Shown here piece after piece: positions 47,717 to 57,247 of a stretch of DNA of 64,000 nucleotides. Under the pieces are notes generated by a model, which worked only from the letters and a program-made list of their open reading frames with translations, ran no database searches and was not told the DNA's origin. A program made the position numbers and the translations under genes. The stretch's first letter is position 1. Each line of letters starts with the position of its first letter. Source of the stretch: Candidatus Altiarchaeales archaeon (GTDB lineage: Archaea; Altiarchaeota; Altiarchaeia; IMC4; QMZM01); NCBI GenBank assembly GCA_963749405.1, contig CAVVMY010000013.1:1-64000 (forward strand), written 5' to 3'.

Positions 47717-49087
47717 ATGAAAAAAAGCGCACTCAGGGAGGGAAGGCAGAAGAGTCTGGAATACTCGGTAAAGGACGGAGCAGCGTTCTCAATTATGACC
47801 GGTTTTGGCGAACAATATTTCACTCCGCTGGCAATCGAACTGGGGGCATCCAACATTGGAATCGGCCTGCTGGCATCTCTTCCCCCGTTCATAGCCTCCC
47901 TGCCTCAATTGTTCACTTCCAAGGCCACAGGGTACCTTAAAAGCAGGAAGAAGACCATATTGATAGCCGTGCTGCTGCAGATACTTACATGGATTCCTTT
48001 GGCTGCGATACCCCTCCTCTGGCCTGAGAACGGTGTAACATTGCTGATAGTCTTCGTATCTTTGTATTTTATGTTCGGTCAGTTCGCAAACCCCACATGG
48101 AACAGCCTCATGGGCGACCTAGTCAACGAAGAAGCAAGGGGCAGATTCTTCGGGATGAGAAACAAGATAACAGGGGCTGTGGCATTCGTTTCCATATTCG
48201 CGGCCGGGTACCTGCTGAGCCTTTTTACCAAGGAAACAGTATTATACGGCTTCACAATTATCTTCTTAGTGGCATTCGCGGCCAGGATAATATCCTGGCA
48301 TTATCTTTCCCTGATGGAAGACCCTCCCATGAAGGCTGATGGAGCGGTTGCATTCTCGTTCACCCAGTATCTCAGAAGGCTGCGCAAGACCAATTACGGG
48401 AGATTCGCCCTGTATTACGGTCTCATGAATTTTTCAGTATACGTCGCATCTCCCTTCTTTGCTGTATACATGCTAAGAGACTTGCAGTTCACATATTTCG
48501 AATATACCATAGCTACGGCGGCGATGTCTCTGACGACTTTCCTAGCTATGACATATTGGGGTAACCTCGCGGACAGATACGGGAACAAGAAGATAATCAG
48601 CCTCTGCGGCACATCTCTTGCAGTCATACCTATCATATGGCTGTTTTCTTCCGACCTTCTGTCCGTGATACTGATACAGGTGCTCGCAGGTCTCGTATGG
48701 TCTGGATTCAACCTCTCGGCCATAAACATAGTATACGACAACGTAAAGCCTGAGAACAGGACCCGGGTCTTTGCATACCACAACATACTAACTGCTTCCT
48801 CAGTATTCCTTGGAGCCATGTTCGGAGCGCTGATCGCAGGCTATGGAGCCGGCTATGGGATATTCTATTACGGCCTGCAGATGCTCTTCCTCATATCTGG
48901 AATACTTCGGCTTATGACCTCGGTTCTGTTCCTGCCGCAGATAAGGGAGAGACGTAATGTGGAGCCAATCAGCGAAAAAGACTTCTTTATAAAATACAGC
49001 GGCACAGGCCCTGCAATCGGCCTGACGTATCGGGCAGTGACCGGCCTGCACAAATCCATAAGGCACATCGGGAAAAGAGAAAGCTGA
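47717..49087 (+). CDS. Major facilitator superfamily transporter
   Basis: 12 TM. MFS-like motif GMRNKITGAVAFVSI in loop 2-3. The ORF-track start at 47669 is an upstream extension; ATG is at 47717. Confidence 0.7.
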   Translation: MKKSALREGRQKSLEYSVKDGAAFSIMTGFGEQYFTPLAIELGASNIGIGLLASLPPFIASLPQLFTSKATGYLKSRKKTILIAVLLQILTWIPLAAIPLLWPENGVTLLIVFVSLYFMFGQFANPTWNSLMGDLVNEEARGRFFGMRNKITGAVAFVSIFAAGYLLSLFTKETVLYGFTIIFLVAFAARIISWHYLSLMEDPPMKADGAVAFSFTQYLRRLRKTNYGRFALYYGLMNFSVYVASPFFAVYMLRDLQFTYFEYTIATAAMSLTTFLAMTYWGNLADRYGNKKIISLCGTSLAVIPIIWLFSSDLLSVILIQVLAGLVWSGFNLSAINIVYDNVKPENRTRVFAYHNILTASSVFLGAMFGALIAGYGAGYGIFYYGLQMLFLISGILRLMTSVLFLPQIRERRNVEPISEKDFFIKYSGTGPAIGLTYRAVTGLHKSIRHIGKRES

Positions 49088-49117
49088 TGATTTAAATAGT
49101 TTTTCCTAAATAGTACC

Positions 49118-50191
49118 ATGGAAAGATACATTCTTCCAGTTATCATACTTCTGCTCCTATGCGGCTGCGCGTCAAATCCCCCGGAAAATGAAAAACCAGT
49201 AGCCAATGCTACTTCGAGCACGCAGGCTGCAGCGAATATCACAACCACGTCGTTTTCTACCACCACCCGGATAACAACGACCACGACGCAGATAACAACC
49301 CTTCACCCTACGACAACACCGCCTACCACGACCACGACGCTGATACTCAATGTGGAGAAAAACAAATGGGTCATAGAACAAGGCGTAAGGGTCGCAGATG
49401 CCTTCTCCCCTGCAGTGATCAAACTGGATTCAGGCATATACCGGATGTTTGCGTCTGCAAAGGAGGGCATAAATTCATATACCTCAACAGACGGCCTAAA
49501 ATTCGTAGCCGAGAAAAAGAACATACTCTCAGAAGGATACGACCCCAGGGTATACAAAATAAGCGACACCAGATACCTGATGGTATACAACAATGCAGAG
49601 ACGCTGGCAGGCTCAGGAGACCGCAAAAAGCTATACTACAAATCCGCAAGCTCGTCAGACGGCCTGAATTTCTACACAGACATGGAGATATACCTGCAAA
49701 GCGAAGTCCTGAGAACTCCTATCCTCGTTTCCAGCCCGGAAATAGTGAGAATGCCCAACGGCACACTCAGGATGTACTACACAGGAGACCTCTTCACGCC
49801 GGAAATAGGGAACAACAACAAAAAAATAAAAAGCGCAATATCCCCTGACAAAGGCGCAACCTGGATGCGGGAAGACGGGACCCGGATAGATGCAGAAGCA
49901 CTGGACCCATGCGCCGTTATGCTCCCAGACGGCAGAATCAGGATGTATTATTCAGCCTATGACAGCCCCGACTCAGATGATAATATGAGCATATACTCCG
50001 CAATATCCTCTGACGGCCTAAACTACACAATTGAAGGAAAGGTGCTGTCACCTGAAAACAACGGAACAAAATACATGGACCCGCGGGTAATTGCGATACC
50101 CGGAGGATACAGGATGTATTATACCGAAGTCACAGGACCCAACGTAAATGAAACCACAGCAATCAAGAGCGCAGTATACATAACAGGATAA
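49118..50191 (+). CDS. Secreted lipoprotein-like beta-propeller protein (glycoside-hydrolase/BNR-like blades) with Thr-rich linker
   Basis: Signal peptide ILPVIILLLLCGCAS. TTTTQITTLHPTTTPPTTTTT linker. Repeated blade motifs SxDGLxF … YRMYYT(G/E) (x4-5). Confidence 0.5.
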   Translation: MERYILPVIILLLLCGCASNPPENEKPVANATSSTQAAANITTTSFSTTTRITTTTTQITTLHPTTTPPTTTTTLILNVEKNKWVIEQGVRVADAFSPAVIKLDSGIYRMFASAKEGINSYTSTDGLKFVAEKKNILSEGYDPRVYKISDTRYLMVYNNAETLAGSGDRKKLYYKSASSSDGLNFYTDMEIYLQSEVLRTPILVSSPEIVRMPNGTLRMYYTGDLFTPEIGNNNKKIKSAISPDKGATWMREDGTRIDAEALDPCAVMLPDGRIRMYYSAYDSPDSDDNMSIYSAISSDGLNYTIEGKVLSPENNGTKYMDPRVIAIPGGYRMYYTEVTGPNVNETTAIKSAVYITG

Positions 50192-50303
50192 CGTTTGATA
50201 TCTTGCAGCGGTTCTCTTCGCAGATCTGCTCCAAGTCTTCATGTCTGAGGATCTTTTTCTTGGCTAACCTGCTTTCGCTTATCACAAAACAGCATGGATT
50301 TTT

Positions 50304-51359
50304 TCACACCTTCCTAATCCAGCCGAATTTGTCCTGTTTTTCTCCGTATTGTATGCCTGTTATCTCATCATAGAGCATCTTAGAAAGCCTTTCCTTCTTT
50401 TTGCTCTTTATCTTCAGAGTAATCCCTTTGTGGGATATCTCTTCCACGGGTGTGATTACTGCGGCAGTTCCTGTGCCGAAGACTTCTTCCAGTAGGCCTT
50501 CTTTGGAAGCGGATATTATTTCATCTATCGGCAGCCGCCGTTCCTCCACCGGGATGCCCCATGCCTTGGCTATCCTTATCGCAGAGTCCCTTGTTACTCC
50601 GTCGAGGATGGTTCCTTCAAGCGACGGGGTTATGAGTTTTCCGTCTATGACTGCGAATATGTTCATTGTACCGACTTCTTCCAGGTATCGTCCTTCTAGG
50701 CCGTCCAGCCACAGCACCTGTGAGAATCCCTTTTTTTGGGCGAGTTCTGCCGGCATGAGGCTGGCGGCGTAATTCGCAGGGGTCTTTGCGCATCCCAGAC
50801 CTCCGCGGAAAGCCCTAACATATTCAGGAGCGGTTAACAGCTTCACAGGGCCTCCTCCGTAGTACGAGCCTACTGGCGACGTTATTATCATAAATCGGTA
50901 GGTATCCGAGACCTTGACTCCGAGGTATGGGTCTGAGGCGTATACGAACGGCCTTATATAGAGGGAGCAGCCCTTCTTTCTTGGAACCCATTCATGGTCG
51001 AGGCGCACAAGCGCACATAGAGCATCATAGAAGTCTTCCCAGCTTATTTTTGGGATGCACAGGCGCTCGCATGATCTGTTGAAGCGGTCATGATGCTTGT
51101 CTGCCCGGAATATGTTGATTGACCCGTCTACAGAGTAGAAGGCCTTTATTCCTTCGAAGACCGCCTGCCCGTAGTGGAAGACTGAAAGAGAAGGCTTGAC
51201 GCATATGTCCCCATATGGAGTTATCGCGGGATTCTGCCATTTGCCTCCGGCATACTCCATGGAGAACATGTGGTCAGAGAATATCCTCCCGAATCCCAGA
51301 TGGTCGTAATCGACATCCTGCAGCCTGCTTTTTTCCATCTTGGAAATTTTTATATCCAT
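50304..51359 (-). CDS. ilvE: Branched-chain amino-acid aminotransferase (PLP fold type IV)
   Basis: …HYGQAVFEGIKAF…IFRADKHHDRFNRSCERL…EVGTMNIFAVIDGKLITPSLEGTILDGVTRDSAIRIA… IlvE-family motifs. Confidence 0.85.
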   Translation of the reverse strand: MDIKISKMEKSRLQDVDYDHLGFGRIFSDHMFSMEYAGGKWQNPAITPYGDICVKPSLSVFHYGQAVFEGIKAFYSVDGSINIFRADKHHDRFNRSCERLCIPKISWEDFYDALCALVRLDHEWVPRKKGCSLYIRPFVYASDPYLGVKVSDTYRFMIITSPVGSYYGGGPVKLLTAPEYVRAFRGGLGCAKTPANYAASLMPAELAQKKGFSQVLWLDGLEGRYLEEVGTMNIFAVIDGKLITPSLEGTILDGVTRDSAIRIAKAWGIPVEERRLPIDEIISASKEGLLEEVFGTGTAAVITPVEEISHKGITLKIKSKKKERLSKMLYDEITGIQYGEKQDKFGWIRKV

Positions 51360-51380
51360 CTTGCATCCCTGCCTCAAAAT

Positions 51381-51770
51381 CTAATTTGCCTTTTTCTGTC
51401 TGAGAACATAGCCCATACCAGCCGTATAAATCGGAATAGACAGATAACGCAGGCCTATGTCCGTGAAATACTGGGTAAAAGACATCCTAAAGAAGCCAGT
51501 ATATACAAGCACGAGGTCGGCAGCCAGGCTGACCGCAAGCCACACAAGGCCGATAATTACGCCTACTCCGAAAAAGTCCTTCTTCACAGAGCCGAAATAC
51601 GCTACAGACAGCACAACTCCGGCCGCAGTCCCGACGACTACCATGATCGACTTAAAGAGCGTCTCAGGGACTGTGTAGTTCCCATGTGAGTCGACGAAGG
51701 GAAAAGACGCAAGGAAAGGCACTATCCAGAGGATAAGTCCATAGGATAACATCTTCAGAAGATTGCTCAT
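51381..51770 (-). CDS. Hypothetical membrane protein (4 TM, 129 aa)
   Basis: Hydrophobic ORF immediately downstream of ilvE. Confidence 0.4.
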   Translation of the reverse strand: MSNLLKMLSYGLILWIVPFLASFPFVDSHGNYTVPETLFKSIMVVVGTAAGVVLSVAYFGSVKKDFFGVGVIIGLVWLAVSLAADLVLVYTGFFRMSFTQYFTDIGLRYLSIPIYTAGMGYVLRQKKAN

Positions 51771-52145
51771 TTAAAACACCCGAGAGGATTAATTTATCCG
51801 CTTAGGAGCTTAAAACATCCGGCTTTTTTACGAAAGTGCCCTGAAAGGGCATTTGGGCTGAGCGACCGAAGGGAGCGAACCGTTAAAAAGCCTGTATGCA
51901 CCCATTAGGGTCGAGGAGCCCGCAGGCGACGAGAAGTTCAAAAACGCACCCTCCGTTCGTCATCTGCTGCCAGAGTTGCGTCATCAATTGGGGGATGAGG
52001 TGCCCGTAACGAGCGACAGGACAATTTAATCAAACCTCTATTTTTCCCGCGCTCTCTAGCCATTAATAAGATAAAACCTATTATATAAAATACGGGGTTA
52101 TATCAAAATTCTTAAAGGCTTTTTGGTACTATCCTAAAGATAAAG

Positions 52146-53522
52146 ATGGTAAAAAGCGATTTGCCCTTTGGAAGTGAGTTTTCACCCTCTCAAATTGATT
52201 TAGTGACTGTCTTAAAGATAGCAAAGGAGTCAAAAGGAGATTGGAGAGCGTTTGAAAAAACAATCAAAGAAAAATACTTTGCGAGCAACGACACTAATGA
52301 GTATAACAAAGGCAAATTAGCGAATAACTGTAAATTAGGGTTGATTGCATACGATTTAATCGACCGTGACACTAACCTAACGCTCGTGGGACAACACTTA
52401 TTGGATGTATCTGGAGACCCTGCAAAATTGTATGAAGATTTTGCTAAGCACATTCTTTTGAATAAGCGGGGGCTTATTCTAGTTCAGTGTGTAACGGATA
52501 TGTATGTTTCTGGTGGAAAAGTAGATTTAATAGCACTGCGGGAATGGCTTGCTGAAAGAGGGGTTAATTTTCCAAGAGGCGGGAAACATGCGAGTATAAT
52601 GCGCCTATGGCTGGAAAAGGCAGGCGTTTTCGAGAAAGACTCTTGGAGGGTAAATGAGAGGCGCCTCCAAGAGATATTAGGCGCGACGAGCGAGGAGATA
52701 GAGAATCTTACAAAATTAACAAAGGAGCAAATAGCATACGTTAAAGCTCTTGCAAATCTCGGAGGAAAAGGGCCCTTTGCTTCAAACGACATCGAGAAAT
52801 TAGCGACTGCAACTTATGGGATAAAGTTTAACGAGAAGAACCTTCCAAAGCAGGTACTGTATCCTTTACAAGAGACAGGTTATATAGAATTGCAACGAGG
52901 GACTAAAGCAGATGGCAGAGGAGCAAAGCCCTTTTTAGTATACCCTAAAGAAAAACTGGAAAAGGACATAGTACAGCCGATTCTTGCACAAATCGAAAAA
53001 CAGGTCGGTGACGACTTAAGACCTCTCTTGAGAAAATCCTTGGAAGAGGTCTTAGAGGAAATTGAATCAAAAGATAAATACGTAAAGGGCTTGGCTTTGG
53101 AAGCGCTCGCCTTCAAACTTCTTCGGTTAATCGATCTAACATATATAGCAACAAGGTTAAGGGGGACACAAACCGGCGGGGCTGAGGTTGATTTGATATT
53201 TGAAGGAACAAGATTAGTTTTCTCCCGATGGCAAATCCAATGTAAGAATACTTCTGTTGTAAGTCTTGATGATGTTGCCAAAGAAGTGGGTTTAACTCAC
53301 GCACTAAAGAGTAACGTCATCGTGATAGTGAGTACTGGGAAAATAGGCCCCGAGGCAAGAACCTTTTCTAATAGAATTATGCGGGACTCGAACAAAGACA
53401 TCATATTAGTAGATCAAGGTGATTTAGCTCGGATTGTTGAAAATCCGACGAGCATAATCGATATACTAAATCGTGAAGCTAAGAATGCGATGAAGATAAA
53501 GAAACTAGATTTAGGAGGCTAA
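52146..53522 (+). CDS. Type II restriction endonuclease, Mrr-like PD-(D/E)xK catalytic domain at C-terminus
   Basis: …LRGTQTGGAEVDLIFEGTRLVFSRWQIQCKNTS… matches the Mrr_cat-type motif (GG.D.GIDxx … QxK). Stop/start abuts the methyltransferase. Low-GC island. Confidence 0.65.
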   Translation: MVKSDLPFGSEFSPSQIDLVTVLKIAKESKGDWRAFEKTIKEKYFASNDTNEYNKGKLANNCKLGLIAYDLIDRDTNLTLVGQHLLDVSGDPAKLYEDFAKHILLNKRGLILVQCVTDMYVSGGKVDLIALREWLAERGVNFPRGGKHASIMRLWLEKAGVFEKDSWRVNERRLQEILGATSEEIENLTKLTKEQIAYVKALANLGGKGPFASNDIEKLATATYGIKFNEKNLPKQVLYPLQETGYIELQRGTKADGRGAKPFLVYPKEKLEKDIVQPILAQIEKQVGDDLRPLLRKSLEEVLEEIESKDKYVKGLALEALAFKLLRLIDLTYIATRLRGTQTGGAEVDLIFEGTRLVFSRWQIQCKNTSVVSLDDVAKEVGLTHALKSNVIVIVSTGKIGPEARTFSNRIMRDSNKDIILVDQGDLARIVENPTSIIDILNREAKNAMKIKKLDLGG

Positions 53523-53523
53523 A

Positions 53524-54465
53524 ATGACGGATGAGATTTTATATCGTACAGACTTGGGGAAGGCATATGTAGGCGATTCATTAGAAGTATTGCCAAAATT
53601 TGGAGACGAATCAGTAAACCTCATTATGACAAGCCCCCCGTTTGGGTTAGTGCGAAAGAAAGAGTATGGGAATGTCCCGGCAGAAGAATATGTCGAGTGG
53701 TTTAAGCCGTTTGGCAAAGAATTTAAGAGAATTTTAATGAAAGATGGAAGTTTCGTTATAGACATTGGTGGAAGCTGGATTCCTGGAAAGCCCTTAAAAA
53801 GTCTCTACCAATATGAGTTATTGATTATGCTATGCAAAGAGCTTGGTTTTAATCTCGCTCAGGAATTTTTTTGGTATAACCCCGCAAAACTTCCTTCGCC
53901 TGCCGAGTGGGTAACAGTTAGGAGAGTACGAGTAAAGGACGCTGTAAACTGTATTTGGTGGTTATCCAAAACTGATAAGCCCAAAGCAGACAATAAGAAA
54001 ATACTCGTTCCCTATTCTGAAAGCATGAAAAACCTGCTTAAGAACGGTTACAAAGCACAGTTAAGGCCATCAGGACATGACATCAGTAACAATTTTAGCA
54101 AGGATAACAACGGTGCCATACCTCCAAATTTGATAACCCTCGCAAATACTGAAAGCAATAGCAGATATTTTAAATATTGCAGGGCTAACAACATTAAACC
54201 GCACCCTGCAAGGTTCCCTGTAGCTTTACCGGAATATTTTATCAAGTTCCTTACCGATGAAGGCGATTTAGTTTTAGATCCCTTTGCAGGTTCTAACGCG
54301 ACGGGCGAAGCAGCGGAAAATCTGAACAGAAAATGGGCATCAGTAGAGTTGAATAAAGATTACCTATTACCTGGAAAAGTTCGTTTCAAGTCCGTTTATT
54401 CCGGCGTGGCGCCCCATTCCCCCGTTAAGTATTTATCAACGGAGGCGGCAGAGGCAGCCATATAA
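53524..54465 (+). CDS. DNA methyltransferase (N4-cytosine/N6-adenine, beta-class, SPPF motif)
   Basis: NLIMTSPPFGLV (motif IV), FVIDIGGSW, and C-terminal AdoMet region VLDPFAGSNATG (motif I). Confidence 0.8.
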   Translation: MTDEILYRTDLGKAYVGDSLEVLPKFGDESVNLIMTSPPFGLVRKKEYGNVPAEEYVEWFKPFGKEFKRILMKDGSFVIDIGGSWIPGKPLKSLYQYELLIMLCKELGFNLAQEFFWYNPAKLPSPAEWVTVRRVRVKDAVNCIWWLSKTDKPKADNKKILVPYSESMKNLLKNGYKAQLRPSGHDISNNFSKDNNGAIPPNLITLANTESNSRYFKYCRANNIKPHPARFPVALPEYFIKFLTDEGDLVLDPFAGSNATGEAAENLNRKWASVELNKDYLLPGKVRFKSVYSGVAPHSPVKYLSTEAAEAAI

Positions 54466-54547
54466 AATAACAATTCAGTATCCGTCTTAGGGGTGGGTTT
54501 TTGAATTGCGTTTAATCGGATTTATAGTGCCTAATATTAAATCAGAT

Positions 54548-55402
54548 ATGATGAAAAATCATGCACTCTTGGTCGTACTTGTATTTTCTCTGTTCTGTGC
54601 GGGGGCATATGCCGGGCAAAACGAGTCATGCTCGCTTGCAGGGGTCAGCCCGCCGTGCGACGAAATAACATTGAAAGAAGCGGTTTCTTATATAAACGTG
54701 TGGATAAGCGGAAACGCATCTATTGGAAGCGTCATACGCCTGCTGACGACCTATGCCACCCAGGAGGAAACCCTGAAAGAAATGTATCAGGCAGCGATAA
54801 GGGATGCAGAGATCGCAAATGAGAGCGAGATATACCGGGGCCTTACTCCGATAACTGAATCAAATCCTAATCTGACTTGGGAGGAAGACAACGGCTCATC
54901 GATGGTACTTGTCGTTACCTGGACTACGTGGAACGGATACGTCAACCAGACAAATAAGACCATGAACCTCTCAAAAGAGACTTGGGTAACTGTCTACCCT
55001 GAGGTGCGTAATTTCATAGAACAGAATAATCTGCCTGTGGATAAATGTAGTCTTCGACTGGAGCAATTGAACGGCATTCCCCCTAGGAATGGCAAGACCT
55101 GGTTCGTGGAATTGTTCGTTTCTCCGAAGGATATGTTCAGGCCCAGCCCCGATCCTGAGATCAATGATACAGAGGCGCAGCTTGTTTTCCCTGCTAATAC
55201 GAGCCAGGAACACATTGACTGGATAAACAATCTGATAAACGCATCCTATGGGCCTAACGGCTACCCTTGGACCCGGCTGGGATACACATATGATTGGGCG
55301 ACAAGCAGCCGAAACCACGTGGGCCTCAGCGAATACGTGATAAGACAGGGGTCTATCGTTAAGATACACGACACAATATCCACCCAGGAATACTGCAGCT
55401 GA
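54548..55402 (+). CDS. Secreted hypothetical protein (N-glycosylation-sequon rich)
   Basis: Signal peptide MMKNHALLVVLVFSLFCAGAYAG. Many N-x-S/T sequons. Confidence 0.4.
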   Translation: MMKNHALLVVLVFSLFCAGAYAGQNESCSLAGVSPPCDEITLKEAVSYINVWISGNASIGSVIRLLTTYATQEETLKEMYQAAIRDAEIANESEIYRGLTPITESNPNLTWEEDNGSSMVLVVTWTTWNGYVNQTNKTMNLSKETWVTVYPEVRNFIEQNNLPVDKCSLRLEQLNGIPPRNGKTWFVELFVSPKDMFRPSPDPEINDTEAQLVFPANTSQEHIDWINNLINASYGPNGYPWTRLGYTYDWATSSRNHVGLSEYVIRQGSIVKIHDTISTQEYCS

Positions 55403-55446
55403 TACCTGATATAAGTGCCGGATGACAAATATATAAGGGGGTTTTT

Positions 55447-56482
55447 ATGGATGCTGCTAATGTCTTCTTTAAACCTATCGATTCGTATTCCCAAACTGAA
55501 GAGATAAACCGCGGGGCAAGGAAATTACTGGAAAGCGTCGCTGCCGAAGAGAAGATAAAATTGGAGAAGAGGATTCCTTTGAAGGTGCACTTCGGCGAGA
55601 AGGGGAATACTACGTTCATCGGCCCGGAAAACTACGACGGCATAATAGATTACCTGGAGGAAAGAAAGATAGAGAGTCTGTTTCATCGAGACCAACGTTC
55701 TATATGTGAGTTCCCGCACCACGAAAAAAAGCCATATAGCTCTTGCAAAGGAGCACGGCTTCACCAGGCTGCCGGTGGTCATCGCAGACGGAGAAAAAGG
55801 GGAAGACTACATGGATGTGGAAATAGAGGGAAATCACTTCAGCAAATGCAAGATAGGCCGGCTTATAGCGGAAGAAAAACAGCTCATAGTTCTTTCACAC
55901 TATAAAGGACACATGCTGGCAGGCTTCGGAGGAGCGATAAAACAGCTTGGAATGGGATGCGCTGCCAGAGGAGGAAAACTGGACCAGCACGCAAACGCCC
56001 AGCCTGCACTGAATCCCGATAAATGCAAAAAATGCATGACATGCGTTTCCCACTGCCCCCGCAAAGCCATAGAAATATCAACCATACCAAAAATAGACAG
56101 AGAGAAATGCATCGGCTGCGCAGCCTGCATAGCCGCCTGCCCCCAGCAGGTATTCTACGTAGACTGGACGGCAACCTCGCCCGCATCCTTCAGGCAAAAA
56201 CTTGCAGAATACGCACTCGCAGCCCAGAAAAACAAGAACAACATCTACATAAATTACGCCCTGAACATAACCAAAGACTGCGACTGCGACGGAAGACCCC
56301 AGAAACCCATCACAGAAGACATAGGAATATTCGCATCAACCGACCCGGTGGCAATAGACGCCGCCTGCTGCGACACCCTGAACAAAAGAGAAGGAAAACA
56401 GGTATTCACAGGCATGGACATCTTCGACTACGCAGAAGAAATAGGTCTCGGAACAACAGAATACGAGCTGACAGAGATATGA
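55447..56482 (+). CDS. DUF362-domain iron-sulfur protein (with 2x[4Fe-4S] ferredoxin insert); apparent frameshift ~55690-55735
   Basis: ORF1 …IPLKVHFGEKGNTTFIGPENY… and ORF2 …VVIADGEKGEDYMDVEIEGNHFSKCKIGRLIAEEKQLIVLSHYKGHMLAGFGGAIKQLGMGCAARGGKLDQH…CKKCMTCVSHCP…CIGCAACIAACP together match DUF362. Homopolymer cacgaaaaaaagcc lies at the shift. Confidence 0.7.
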
Positions 56483-57186
56483 GCACAATCTACTTCAACT
56501 GCCATTCAGGCATAAGCGGCGACATGGTCGTAGGATTTCTCCTGGACCTTGGAATAGAGGTATATTACCTGAAAGTCGAACTCGGAAAACTCAGCCTCTC
56601 CGGCTATTCAATAAACGCAAAAAAGGTGAACAAAAAAGGAATCACGGCAACCAAATTCGACGCAGTCACAGAAGAGAGCCAACCCCAAAGGTGCCTGCCA
56701 GAGGTCTATTCCATCATAGAAAAAAGCACCCTCCCCAAAAAGGTAAAGACACTCTCACAGGAAATATTCCGGCATCTGGCACTATCCGAAGCATCAGCCC
56801 ACAACACCAGCATCGAAAAAGTACGCTTCCACGAAGTAGGAGAACTAGACTCCATAATAGACATAGTCTCTGCTGCGATCCTTCTAAACAGGCTGGACAT
56901 ATCCGAAGCATACTGTAGCACAATATCCCTGGGACGCGGAAAAACCATGACAGACCACGGAGTAATGGAGATACCGGCTCCTGCCGTAAGATATCTGTTA
57001 AGAGACGTACCCACCACAGAAACGGACATCACCGCAGAACTGACGACGCCAACAGGAGCCGCAATAATAAAGACTATCGCGGAAAAATACACCGACACCC
57101 AGCCGGAAACCGGAAAAAAAGGATACGGCGCAGGCACAAAAGACCTGCCGATACCAAACGTGCTGGAAGCCAAACTAATAATCTAA
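56479..57186 (+). CDS. LarC-like (DUF111) nickel-insertion protein, N-terminal domain only (LarC1-type split)
   Basis: MSTIYFNCHSGISGDMVVGFLLDLG… matches the DUF111/LarC start (M..LY.DCFSGISGDM). Confidence 0.6.
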   Translation: MSTIYFNCHSGISGDMVVGFLLDLGIEVYYLKVELGKLSLSGYSINAKKVNKKGITATKFDAVTEESQPQRCLPEVYSIIEKSTLPKKVKTLSQEIFRHLALSEASAHNTSIEKVRFHEVGELDSIIDIVSAAILLNRLDISEAYCSTISLGRGKTMTDHGVMEIPAPAVRYLLRDVPTTETDITAELTTPTGAAIIKTIAEKYTDTQPETGKKGYGAGTKDLPIPNVLEAKLII

Positions 57187-57247
57187 AAAAATCCCAGCTC
57201 AATATTATTTTAAAGACTATTACCCAGTTATTTCTGAGATAAAAAAA

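Noticed and set aside
56023-56478. Upstream 152-codon extension of the LarC-like ORF (R/H-rich)
   Set aside because: It overlaps the DUF362 coding sequence in a different frame and is arginine/histidine junk. The LarC signature starts at the ATG at 56479.
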